Source of the DNA: Candidatus Troglogloeales bacterium
Lineage (GTDB): Bacteria > Nitrospirota > Nitrospiria > SBBL01
DNA length: 33,603 nucleotides
Assembly: GCA_005239745.1 (NCBI GenBank)
Contig: SBBL01000018.1
Span: 1-33,603 of the forward strand
Direction: 5' to 3'
Part shown: positions 8,439 through 16,873 of the stretch, in pieces
Numbering within the stretch: position 1 is the stretch's first letter
Layout: each line of letters begins with the position of its first letter
The notes under the pieces: model-generated
The model's database searches: none
What the model was told of the DNA's origin: nothing
The model's input: only the letters and a program-made list of their open reading frames with translations
Position numbers and translations under genes: made by a program

Positions 8439-9674
8439 ATGAGCGAGAGTGCGGTTATTGAGGAGGTAAAGACAAACCCACAGGGCGATGTCATCACGTC
8501 CGCTCCTCCTCCAAAGGCGGATGCTAAGAAGGGTGCCGCAAGTCAGCGTGTTGTTAGCCCGGATTATCTAATGTTGCAGGCCCCGCGTGAGGCTGTTTTT
8601 ATGACGGGGAGTGAGGCGGCCAAGGAAGCGATTCGTCGCGCCAATGTGGATATCGCCATTTCGTATCCGATTACCCCGCAGAGTGAGACGATGCAGCAGG
8701 TGGGGTACCTCTATGCGGAAGGGTATTTGAAGGACTATTACCGCGGGGAAGAAGAATATGGCGTGATGTCGGCGATTGCCGGGGCGTCTCGTGCGGGAGT
8801 ACGTTGTCTGACGGCGACGGCCGGCCCTGGGCTAATCCGCGGTATGGAAGTGATCGCGTCTTGGCCGGGGGGCAGGCTCCCGTCCATGCTGCTCATTATG
8901 TGCCGTGTGATCAACGCGCCTCTTGCCATTCAACCCGATAATGTTGAGCTTTCGTACATGCTCAATACGGGTGGCATCCTATTTCACGCAGAAAATCAGC
9001 AGGATTTCTACGATTATATATTGGCCGGTTTCATGATTGGTGAGAAGCCGGAGGTGACCTTGCCGGTGGCCGTGGCAGTAGACGGGTTCTTCGTCACGCA
9101 TGCGCGCGGATGGGTTTCGCTACCGTCGGCTGATATCAAGCTGCCACCCAGAGACTGTTACCATGAGGCGGTTCCCATGATGGATAATGAAAATCCGCCC
9201 ATTCGTATCTCCCGTGATGCGCCCATCCAGAAGTCCAATTTCATTTCCTATCACATGCACGCCTCGTGGCAACAGGAAGTTTGGGCTGCACAGGCCCGTG
9301 CGAACAAATGGGTTAAGCGCTGGATGGGCAGCCCAATCGAGGTGGTCAACCCAACGGCAAAGACAATAATTGTTGCATCTGGTGCGATGGTATCTCAGTC
9401 TCGAGAAGCGGTCAGGCAGGCAAGTGAGCAGGGGATAGAGGTCGGCCTGGTCAAAATTAAGTCTCTACGCCCATTTCCATCGCAGGAGCTTGTTGAAGCG
9501 GTTGATGGTGCCGATCGGATCATCGTTCCGGAGTTTAATTATGTCGGGTGGCTTGCTAAAGAGGTAAGGTCCGCCATTCCGCGTACGGAGCGGGTAATCT
9601 CTGGGCCTCGGGTTTTTGGCGGCATGACGATGCCGACGGAGCTGATTATGAGCTACGTCAAGGGCCGGCGGTAG
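8439..9674 (+). CDS. 2-oxoacid:ferredoxin oxidoreductase alpha subunit (pyruvate/2-oxoglutarate family)
   Basis: 411 aa. POR/KOR alpha domain pattern (AISYPITPQSE..., GASRAGVRCLTATAGPGL). GAGGA RBS 8 nt upstream. Confidence 0.85.
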   Translation: MSESAVIEEVKTNPQGDVITSAPPPKADAKKGAASQRVVSPDYLMLQAPREAVFMTGSEAAKEAIRRANVDIAISYPITPQSETMQQVGYLYAEGYLKDYYRGEEEYGVMSAIAGASRAGVRCLTATAGPGLIRGMEVIASWPGGRLPSMLLIMCRVINAPLAIQPDNVELSYMLNTGGILFHAENQQDFYDYILAGFMIGEKPEVTLPVAVAVDGFFVTHARGWVSLPSADIKLPPRDCYHEAVPMMDNENPPIRISRDAPIQKSNFISYHMHASWQQEVWAAQARANKWVKRWMGSPIEVVNPTAKTIIVASGAMVSQSREAVRQASEQGIEVGLVKIKSLRPFPSQELVEAVDGADRIIVPEFNYVGWLAKEVRSAIPRTERVISGPRVFGGMTMPTELIMSYVKGRR

Positions 9675-9721
9675 GTCGGCGCTTAAGTTTTTGAATCTGT
9701 TCCTCACAAGGAGGGGATGCA

Positions 9722-10609
9722 ATGTCACTAGAAACAATTCGTGTAGCTCCGGGGTTTAAAGAGTATTTGCCTCGAGAATATCAGGATTTAGTAGACGATG
9801 GTCCGTTTGGCAGAGAACGAAAGGTCTCTGAGGTTGGGTCATTTAAGGAGGCCGTAGAAGAACATCCCATGTGTGCCGGGTGTGCCATGACCCTCTTTAT
9901 TCGTACCGCCATCGTGGCGCTTCCGAGCTTAGAAAACACGGTGATCATCGGCACGGCAGGGTGTGGGCGATTGGTACTGTCTCAAACGGCCGTTCCGTTT
10001 ATCTACGGCAACTACGGGGATACCAATGCCGTTGCAAGCGGTCTGAAGCGGGGCCTAGCGATCCGCTTTAAGGACAAACCCAAAGATGTCGTTGTTATGG
10101 CAGGCGATGGGGGGCTTGCTGATATCGGTTTTTCGGCGGTCATGCACTCCTGGTTTAGGAAGGAAAGATTTACCACGGTCATGCTCGACAATGAAGTTTA
10201 TGGAAACACCGGTGGGCAAGAAAGTGGCATGACGCAGAGGGGGGCTATCTTAAAGATGGCACCGCTCGGTAAGAAGTTTGAAAAGATGGATATGATGGGG
10301 CTTGCCAAAACGGCAGGGGTCGCCTACATTGCCCGCGTAGTGCCGACAAACGCCACCCGTGTGGCAAACACCATACGGAAGGCCGTCCTGATCGCGAGAG
10401 AGGTGGGCCCCACGTATGTTCAGGCCTATACGTCTTGTAATATTGAATATGCGATTCCAACCCCTAAGGTGATGGATGATGCGCGTATGATTGAGCAGCA
10501 GAGGTATGGGTTTTCAGAATACTTTACCGATGAGGCCAAGTCCTATTGGGAGCACTACGAAAGAGAGCGTCGTCAAGTTAAGGGCCCAGACGGCGAATCA
10601 GAAGATTAG
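9722..10609 (+). CDS. 2-oxoacid:ferredoxin oxidoreductase beta subunit (thiamine-diphosphate binding)
   Basis: 295 aa. TPP-binding GDG motif (VVMAGDGGLADIGF), Cys-rich N-terminal region CAGCAM...GCG. Strong AGGAGGGG RBS. Confidence 0.9.
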   Translation: MSLETIRVAPGFKEYLPREYQDLVDDGPFGRERKVSEVGSFKEAVEEHPMCAGCAMTLFIRTAIVALPSLENTVIIGTAGCGRLVLSQTAVPFIYGNYGDTNAVASGLKRGLAIRFKDKPKDVVVMAGDGGLADIGFSAVMHSWFRKERFTTVMLDNEVYGNTGGQESGMTQRGAILKMAPLGKKFEKMDMMGLAKTAGVAYIARVVPTNATRVANTIRKAVLIAREVGPTYVQAYTSCNIEYAIPTPKVMDDARMIEQQRYGFSEYFTDEAKSYWEHYERERRQVKGPDGESED

Positions 10610-10752
10610 GGGCACCTCTAAAAACCGTCACGAGCGGCCAAAATGCAAGGCGCACGGAGCAGAGGAACCGGAATATATCTTTGAATATATGAGGATTCCG
10701 AGCACCGCGCAACGTAGCAGTTTGGACGCACAGTAGGTTTTTAGAGGTGCCC
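10610..10752. repeat. MITE/REP-like palindromic element, copy 1 (143 bp)
   Basis: Perfect 17-bp terminal inverted repeats GGGCACCTCTAAAAACC ... GGTTTTTAGAGGTGCCC. The internal core is shared with copy 2. Flanked by the direct 4-mer TTAG on both sides; the left TTAG contains the beta-subunit stop codon. Confidence 0.85.
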
Positions 10753-10889
10753 TTAGGCGTATCAAGCGTCTCATTGTTGACGAAGCACCGCGGGATCATT
10801 CGGGCAACCTTTAAGCTGGAATCCGGTAGCTTTTAAGTGTTTTTGTCGTGGGCGCGGCTGTGGCTGCGCTCTAGCAATAGGAGGGTAAA

Positions 10890-11609
10890 GTGGCTGGAAT
10901 AGTGTCGAGATACAATGTTCGGATGGCGGGAATCGGTGGGCAGGGCGTTGTGACCGCGTCGCACGTTCTGAGCAATGGCGTTATCATTGGAAAAGGACAA
11001 AGCACGCTGGTGCCGTTTTTCGGCTCTGAAAAGCGGATGGCGCCCGTGGAAAGTTATGTGCGTGTGGCAAACGTTCAGATCTATGAAATTGGCGAGATCA
11101 TCTACCCGAATGTCATTATGATCTTCCATCCGCAGGTGATTACGCACGGTAAGTCGTATACGATGCCGTTTTATTCGGGATTAAAAGAGGCTGGTGTCGT
11201 TCTCATCAATAGTGAGGAACCCGTGGCAATGGGTGAAGACCAAGAGCGAGAGCTGAGGTTAATGAAAGCGAAGGTTTGCTACCTTCCAGCCACTAAAATT
11301 GCGAACGAGGTCGGTGGGACGGACCTTGCGACCAATATGGCGATGGTCGGAGGGATAGCGGGGATTATTGGCATGCCGTCGCTTCCAGCCTTGAAGCAGT
11401 CGGTTCACGAGCGCTTTTTAGGGAAGGGGTTCGTTGTCTCCGGTGGAACGGCCTCTCTAGATAATGTCATTGAGAGAAAATTCGCTAAAAAAGCGGAGCT
11501 GGTAGAGAAAAACTTTGCCGTTGTGAAGGCGGCTTACGAGTATGTCATTGAACGGGGATGGGCTATTTCTGGAAAAGAGGCGGAAGTGCGTGAAGCGGTT
11601 GCTGCTTAG
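10890..11609 (+). CDS. 2-oxoacid:ferredoxin oxidoreductase gamma subunit
   Basis: 239 aa. POR-gamma signature YNVRMAGIGGQGVVTA near the N-terminus (cf. IRFxGRGGQG). GTG start with a GGAGGG RBS. Confidence 0.85.
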   Translation: MAGIVSRYNVRMAGIGGQGVVTASHVLSNGVIIGKGQSTLVPFFGSEKRMAPVESYVRVANVQIYEIGEIIYPNVIMIFHPQVITHGKSYTMPFYSGLKEAGVVLINSEEPVAMGEDQERELRLMKAKVCYLPATKIANEVGGTDLATNMAMVGGIAGIIGMPSLPALKQSVHERFLGKGFVVSGGTASLDNVIERKFAKKAELVEKNFAVVKAAYEYVIERGWAISGKEAEVREAVAA

Positions 11610-11632
11610 AATCTAAAAATTCGTGAGGGTCT

Positions 11633-11911
11633 ATGTACGCTGTTGCCGATATTGACGTTGATGTGTGCGGTTCCACAAAGTGTAGGCTCTGTACGCAGTT
11701 TTGCCCGGAGTCCAATACCATTCAGTTCGATAACGCACGGAACTCGGCCTACGTATCGGTGGACCGGTGCAAGGGATGCGAGATTTGCGTTGGAGTTTGC
11801 GACGATCTTGCCAAGCACCACGCGATTAAGATGGTTCCGATTAACGAAGTCCAAAGCGGCTTTGAGCTTCGGCTTGTCGGTTTCAAACAGTCTATTGCCG
11901 GTCTCCATTAA
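11633..11911 (+). CDS. 2-oxoacid:ferredoxin oxidoreductase delta subunit (ferredoxin-like, two Cys clusters)
   Basis: 92 aa with two 4Fe-4S-type cysteine motifs (CGSTKCRLCTQFCP and CKGCEICVGVC). Located directly after the gamma gene. Confidence 0.8.
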   Translation: MYAVADIDVDVCGSTKCRLCTQFCPESNTIQFDNARNSAYVSVDRCKGCEICVGVCDDLAKHHAIKMVPINEVQSGFELRLVGFKQSIAGLH

Positions 11912-11916
11912 CGATA

Positions 11917-12102
11917 GTGAAGTGTCCTGCCTGTGGGCACGAAAATGACCCCTTCCTCCCTTGGTGTGTTAAGTGCCTGAGGGAGTTCCCCTCGTCCCTT
12001 CCTCGTGTCCGTGTCTGCCCGGAGTGTCACGCCCAGAATGATGCGGATGCCTATCACTGCGAGGTCTGCCATGAGCCGCTTCGCCCGGGCCAGTCGGAGT
12101 GA
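11917..12102 (+). CDS. small double zinc-ribbon protein (hypothetical)
   Basis: 61 aa with four Cys pairs (CPACGH, CVKC, CPEC, CEVC). Starts 5 nt after the delta-subunit stop. Confidence 0.45.
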   Translation: MKCPACGHENDPFLPWCVKCLREFPSSLPRVRVCPECHAQNDADAYHCEVCHEPLRPGQSE

Positions 12103-12170
12103 CGGGGGGAATTGTCATTACGTACTGCACAACATCCACGTACCAACTTGTGGGGAATGGTAAGGGGTTA

Positions 12171-12192
12171 GAAGGGTTCCCCCTTTGTTTTA
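12171..12192 (+). terminator. weak intrinsic-terminator-like hairpin after the OFOR cluster/zinc-ribbon ORF
   Basis: GAAGGG-TTCC-CCCTTt stem-loop followed by TGTTTTA. Short stem, so low confidence. Confidence 0.25.
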
Positions 12193-13524
12193 CCCGCGAA
12201 TAGGGGAAGGCGTGGTCCCCGCGAAATAGGCCTTCGCCTCTCCAATGGTATATAACGATCCCGTAATAGTCAGCGTATCGTTAGGTTGCATGTTGTGCAC
12301 CGCGTAGGCAATAGCCTCAGGGACGGTTTTGTGGGGCGTCTGGCGCACCGGTGTGCCCACCCTGGATGCAGTCACAGATTTAAGAGATGCCAGTATGTCA
12401 GCAGGAGAGGCAGCGCGTGGGATGTTTGGAGCAGTCACAATGATCTCATGCGCCCATGTCAGTAGGTAAGACAACATATCGGCGATCCGCTTATCCTTCA
12501 TTATGCCGACAATCGCCAAGCGTTTGTGGCGAGGGTCAGGCGTTATCTGATGTAGGGCGTTGACCAGTGCCTGCACGCCTGCAGGGTTGTGTGCACCATC
12601 CAGAATAATCCGCGGCCTCTCGTGCACCGTTTCAAAGCGTCCGGCGCACGTTGCACCCGCAATCCCTTTAAGAATGACTTCGTGAGAAAGTTTCACCCCC
12701 AACTGCTGTAGACACTCGATGATACCCAGGGCAACGCCGGCGTTTTGCACCTGGTGCGGACCCGCCAGTGAGCAGTGAATGGCGTGCACGTTCCCCTGCA
12801 GACCGATATAAACAAAGTGCTCCGGGTTGTCTCCCATGACACGGATCTCATGCCCCAGGCGGATTAAGGGCGCACCTTTTTCGTGCGCGATCCCTTCAAA
12901 GATTGCCAAGACTTCCTCCTGTCCCACTGCCGTGACAACGGGGACCCCTTTTTTAATGATCCCTGCCTTTTCTTTAGCGATCGCCTCAATCGTCTCTCCA
13001 AGATACTGCTCGTGATCAAGGGCGATTGTAGTAATGGCTGCCACTAAAGGAAGAACCAGATTCGTGGCATCGAACCGTCCCCCCATTCCTACTTCCAAGA
13101 CGGCATAATCTAAACGCTGTTCGGAAAAGTAGAGAAAGGCAAGGGCGGTTGTAAATTCAAAAAATGTAATGGGTGGAGTAAACGGGAGCGCCTTGACGCA
13201 ATCACGTATGATAGAGGTCAATCGGATCATTTCAGGCGCCGGGATTGGCGTCCCGTTGATACGTATGCGTTCCGAGAAATCAATCAGGTGGGGTGATGTG
13301 TAAAGGCCGGTCCGGTACCCACCCCGTGTCAGAACGGATGCCACCATGGCAGCAGTTGAGCCTTTCCCATTGGTACCTGCGATATGGATGGAGGGGAACG
13401 TCCGCTCGGGATGGCAAAGCCTGTCCATAAGTGCCTCCATCCGAGCCAGGGTAGGCACAATCCCATGCCCCTGCAAACGGAACAGGTAATCCAGTGCCTC
13501 CGTTACCTGCGGCGTAGTTCCCAA
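12190..13524 (-). CDS. folC: bifunctional folylpolyglutamate synthase / dihydrofolate synthase
   Basis: 444 aa Mur-ligase family protein. P-loop AGTNGKGST and FolC-like central and C-terminal domains. Confidence 0.85.
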   Translation of the reverse strand: MGTTPQVTEALDYLFRLQGHGIVPTLARMEALMDRLCHPERTFPSIHIAGTNGKGSTAAMVASVLTRGGYRTGLYTSPHLIDFSERIRINGTPIPAPEMIRLTSIIRDCVKALPFTPPITFFEFTTALAFLYFSEQRLDYAVLEVGMGGRFDATNLVLPLVAAITTIALDHEQYLGETIEAIAKEKAGIIKKGVPVVTAVGQEEVLAIFEGIAHEKGAPLIRLGHEIRVMGDNPEHFVYIGLQGNVHAIHCSLAGPHQVQNAGVALGIIECLQQLGVKLSHEVILKGIAGATCAGRFETVHERPRIILDGAHNPAGVQALVNALHQITPDPRHKRLAIVGIMKDKRIADMLSYLLTWAHEIIVTAPNIPRAASPADILASLKSVTASRVGTPVRQTPHKTVPEAIAYAVHNMQPNDTLTITGSLYTIGEAKAYFAGTTPSPIRG

Positions 13525-13677
13525 TCTTGTCCTTTAACAAATGTGTCCACTGATGGCAGCGTATCATAACAAGGGCGGCAAGCAAGAGGGTAGTGGATTT
13601 ACCAGTTGTCTTCCGATACCGTATTATGCAAAAATGCGCGGCTTAGAGAAGGTCTCACTCAAGTTTTGAGAAGGCAG

Positions 13678-15243
13678 ATGGCACAGACCGTGCTGGGGTT
13701 AGATATCGGTCAGGACACCGTTCGTGGCGTGCGTATCGGGCAGGGCCTGCGGGGTCTGCGCGTGCTGGATATATTCGAGCAGGAGGTGCCCAAGGAAGAG
13801 GTTGCCTCCGGTCTGCTCTGCCATGGGCAGATGGAGGCACTTAAACAATTAATTTCAGACGGAAAAATTAGGCCAAATGAGCGGATTACCGTTGCCCTAC
13901 CCGGTCAGTTTGTCTCTTTCCGGACATTGGTACTTCCCTTTACGGACACCCGGAAGATCGAACAGGTTGTGCCATCGGAGCTGGAAGCGCATCTACCGTT
14001 TGATTTGGAAGAAGTGATTGTTGACTCTTTTCTCACGCAATCGAATAAAGACGTGCAAACGTCTCACGTCTTAGCCGTTGCCGTCCAGAAAACCGTTCTA
14101 AAGCAATATTTAGACGCCCTACAAGAACTTGGGCTCAACCCTTCCGTGGTTGGGTTAGATACCCTTGCGCTTTATTTGGCCTATACGTCCGGCCATGCCG
14201 AGCAACACATCGCGCACGGCGCCGCTCTTCTAATTGATATAGGGGCGTCTAAAACGGTTCTAGCCGTTATCGCCCAGGGTCACCTACGATCCGTTCGAAC
14301 CCTCTTGATGGGTGGTGATGACATAACCGCCACCCTCCAGCATGTCCGCCGGTTGTCGTGGGAAGAGGCAGAAATAGTAAAGATGCGAAGCACGCTTGAT
14401 CCTATGGAGGCAGATGACGATGGCGTGGAGGTTGCCACGTGCATAAAAGAGGCACTCACCCCGTGGCTACGTGAGATAGAAAAAAGCTGTATGGATGTTT
14501 CTGCCTTCTACCTGTGCGGGGGGGGAAGCCTCTTAAAAGGATTGAGTGATTATATTGCACAGGCACTGCAACTGTCTCCTATATCCTGGCAGTCCGAGAT
14601 TCAGGGCATCAACCGACAGGCCGTACCCACTTACATGCAGGGGCTTGGGCTTGCCCTATCTGTCACACAACCGGAGAGGGAGTTAAACTTACGACAAGGC
14701 ACCTTTCTTCTTCATCAGTCCTCTAGTCAGAAGCAGAGACAGCTCCTCGCAATGGGATTTGGCGTTTTGGTGGTTGTGAGCCTGTTGGTGGCCGGGGTTT
14801 ATCTTCGTCATCAACAGGTGCAGCAACGTTATAAATCATTGAAAGAGACGCTTCATGCAGGCTTTGTCCGTCTGTTACCGAATGCACCCCGGGCGTCTAC
14901 GTCAGAGATTGAACAAGTGGAAGCGATCATTCGGACCACGGAACAAACTCATGAATGGCTGGAGATTAACCGGGAGAGTCCGCTGGCTACGCTCCGCGCA
15001 TTGACGATGGCCATACCGCCCGAAGTTCCCATTGATGTTCACGAATTTTCTGTAGATGGGAACAAGGTGCGTGTTGCGGCTACAACCCGTTCCTATGACA
15101 TGGTAGACCAAATACGCGGCGGTCTGTTGGGGGTTCCTCACTTCCAGGATGTGAATGTTAGTGGCGCAAAGACCTCTCCCGGTTCCTCAAGTGTGGAATT
15201 TGATATTCAGTTTTCGGTTGGGCCGTTACAGGATTTACGGTAA
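13678..15243 (+). CDS. type II secretion/pseudopilus assembly protein, GspL-like (PilM-like actin-fold cytoplasmic domain + TM + PilN-like periplasmic domain)
   Basis: N-terminus MAQTVLGLDIGQDTVRGV (actin-like ATPase fold start), a single TM segment (LLAMGFGVLVVVSLLVAGVYL) about 370 aa in, and a periplasmic C-terminal domain. Start placed at the internal Met; the ORF track starts 72 nt earlier. Confidence 0.65.
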   Translation: MAQTVLGLDIGQDTVRGVRIGQGLRGLRVLDIFEQEVPKEEVASGLLCHGQMEALKQLISDGKIRPNERITVALPGQFVSFRTLVLPFTDTRKIEQVVPSELEAHLPFDLEEVIVDSFLTQSNKDVQTSHVLAVAVQKTVLKQYLDALQELGLNPSVVGLDTLALYLAYTSGHAEQHIAHGAALLIDIGASKTVLAVIAQGHLRSVRTLLMGGDDITATLQHVRRLSWEEAEIVKMRSTLDPMEADDDGVEVATCIKEALTPWLREIEKSCMDVSAFYLCGGGSLLKGLSDYIAQALQLSPISWQSEIQGINRQAVPTYMQGLGLALSVTQPERELNLRQGTFLLHQSSSQKQRQLLAMGFGVLVVVSLLVAGVYLRHQQVQQRYKSLKETLHAGFVRLLPNAPRASTSEIEQVEAIIRTTEQTHEWLEINRESPLATLRALTMAIPPEVPIDVHEFSVDGNKVRVAATTRSYDMVDQIRGGLLGVPHFQDVNVSGAKTSPGSSSVEFDIQFSVGPLQDLR

Positions 15244-15386
15244 GGGCACCTCTAAAAACCGTCGCGAGTGGCCCAAATGCAAGGGCTACTGCGCACAGGA
15301 ACCGGAGTATATCTTTGAATATATGAGGATTCCGAGCACAGCAGCTCGCAGCAGTCGGGTCACGCAGCAGGTTTTTAGAGGTGCCC
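15244..15386. repeat. MITE/REP-like palindromic element, copy 2 (143 bp)
   Basis: Same 17-bp TIRs and shared core (…CCGGAGTATATCTTTGAATATATGAGGATTCCGAGCAC…) as copy 1. Flanked by the direct 4-mer GTAA on both sides; the left GTAA contains the stop codon of the GspL-like gene. Confidence 0.85.
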
Positions 15387-15404
15387 GTAACTAGGTTTAA
15401 CGCA

Positions 15405-15947
15405 ATGAGTGGAATTAACCGTATGGCTTTTCTTTCTTCCCGTGAGAGAGGAGTTCTGGCTGCGGGAGTCTTGTTACTTTTTGTGATTGTTGGCTATGTC
15501 TTTTGGCTTGGCCCCATACGTGAAGATACCACGCGACTGACGCGCCTAATCCCCAAGAAGGAGAAAGATATCCGGGCCTTTGCTGTGTTGCGGGACCGCT
15601 ATCTGGTGTTGCGGGGTGATGTGGATGCGGTAGAGCGGCAATTCCCGCCCAAGGAGTTCTCTTTGCTGTCGTTCCTAGAAGAAAATGCTAATAGGAACAA
15701 CATAGGAGGGAATGTGACTTACATCCGTCCACTGACCCCCGAGACGCATGAGCCGTACCGCAACAACAAAGTTGAGGTGAAGATAGCCAATGTCCATCTG
15801 GTGGATATGGTCTCCTTTCTCGGCACCATTGAACGCATGCCTTATTCGCTGCGGATTGGGAGCCTTTCAATCAGGACGCATCGCTCCGATCCATCTCTGA
15901 TGGATGCCACCTTCGTTATATCATCGTACCAAAGAGATCTCTTCTGA
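15405..15947 (+). CDS. type II secretion system protein M-like (GspM/PilO-like)
   Basis: About 180 aa with one N-terminal TM helix (VLAAGVLLLFVIVGYVFWLG), positioned between the GspL-like and GspK genes. The ORF-track GTG start at 15381 lies inside the repeat element, so the first ATG after the element is used. Confidence 0.55.
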   Translation: MSGINRMAFLSSRERGVLAAGVLLLFVIVGYVFWLGPIREDTTRLTRLIPKKEKDIRAFAVLRDRYLVLRGDVDAVERQFPPKEFSLLSFLEENANRNNIGGNVTYIRPLTPETHEPYRNNKVEVKIANVHLVDMVSFLGTIERMPYSLRIGSLSIRTHRSDPSLMDATFVISSYQRDLF

Positions 15948-16859
15948 GTGTTTCTGCCCCGTGTCAGCCGCCATGGATTTGCCCTCCTTCTTAGTTTAGC
16001 CGTTACGGCCTTGCTCACCGTTGTCCTGTTAGAGGCCGACTTTCAGGCGCGCACGCACTTGCGCGCTGCCGGGAATTTCCGGGATGACACAAAGGCGTTT
16101 TACTTGGCGCAATCCGCTATCTTGAAAGGTCAAGCGCAATTAACGGATGATAAAAAAGAGGACGGTAAAAAGCCATCCGACGCTTACGATGGCCTGGATG
16201 AGCCGTGGGCGCAAACAACAACAAACACCCTGGGCGGTGGGACGTTTGAGGTCGAAATTACGGACGAAGCGGGAAAATTTAATCTAAATGCCTTGACGCA
16301 ACCCGGGTACGTCCTTCAGTTAAAACGACTTTTTAAGCAGTTGGGTATTGAGGAATCTCTCGTTGATGATGTTGCGGACTGGATTGATCCCAACGATACC
16401 CGTGGCGCGTTTGGGTCTGAAGCCGGTTACTACCAACAATTAGACCTTTCCTATGTGCCGTCCAATCAGCCTTTTCAAACCATGAAAGAGCTACGGTTGG
16501 TTGCCGGCATTACCCCGGAGATTTACCGGAAATTATTACTCCATGTTACCGTTTATCGTACACAACCAAACGATGGAAAGATAAACATTAATACGGCATC
16601 TCGGGCTGTCATTCAAAGTTTTGGCGCTTACGTGGATGACCAGTTGCTCAATCAACTGATTGCCGGGCGCCCGTACAAAAACCTAGGCTCCGCCGGGGCC
16701 GCCCTACAGAATACGATAGCCAACCTTGGGGTGATTGCAACGGTGAGGAGTGATATCTTTTCACTTGTCGGACGGGCAGAATTAAACAAGGTACAAAAGA
16801 CCATTCGGGCGGTCTACGATCGCAGTGGGAAAAAGACGCTTTATCTAAGTGTGGAGTAA
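15948..16859 (+). CDS. gspK: type II secretion system minor pseudopilin GspK
   Basis: Hydrophobic N-terminal segment GFALLLSLAVTALLTVVLL and GspK-characteristic blocks (LDEPWAQ, GKFNLNAL, KININTAS). Confidence 0.8.
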   Translation: MFLPRVSRHGFALLLSLAVTALLTVVLLEADFQARTHLRAAGNFRDDTKAFYLAQSAILKGQAQLTDDKKEDGKKPSDAYDGLDEPWAQTTTNTLGGGTFEVEITDEAGKFNLNALTQPGYVLQLKRLFKQLGIEESLVDDVADWIDPNDTRGAFGSEAGYYQQLDLSYVPSNQPFQTMKELRLVAGITPEIYRKLLLHVTVYRTQPNDGKININTASRAVIQSFGAYVDDQLLNQLIAGRPYKNLGSAGAALQNTIANLGVIATVRSDIFSLVGRAELNKVQKTIRAVYDRSGKKTLYLSVE

Positions 16860-16873
16860 GGCGTCTTCGTTTA

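Noticed and set aside
10491-10736. Small look-alike ORFs (10491-10736 +, 15155-15394 +, 16927-17112 -) encoding …SKNR.ERPKCK…EPEYIFEYMRIPST…
   Set aside because: They are translations of the three repeat-element copies. One is on the opposite strand because the element is inverted. They have no RBS, and their conservation is explained by the repeated DNA rather than by a protein family.
13615-13628. 11-mer ATACCGTATTA shared between the folC/gspL intergenic region and the nuoF-leader palindrome
   Set aside because: Many repeated 11-mers are expected by chance in a 33.6-kb window (N^2/(2*4^11) is roughly 130). The first site is only a 4-1-4 palindrome.
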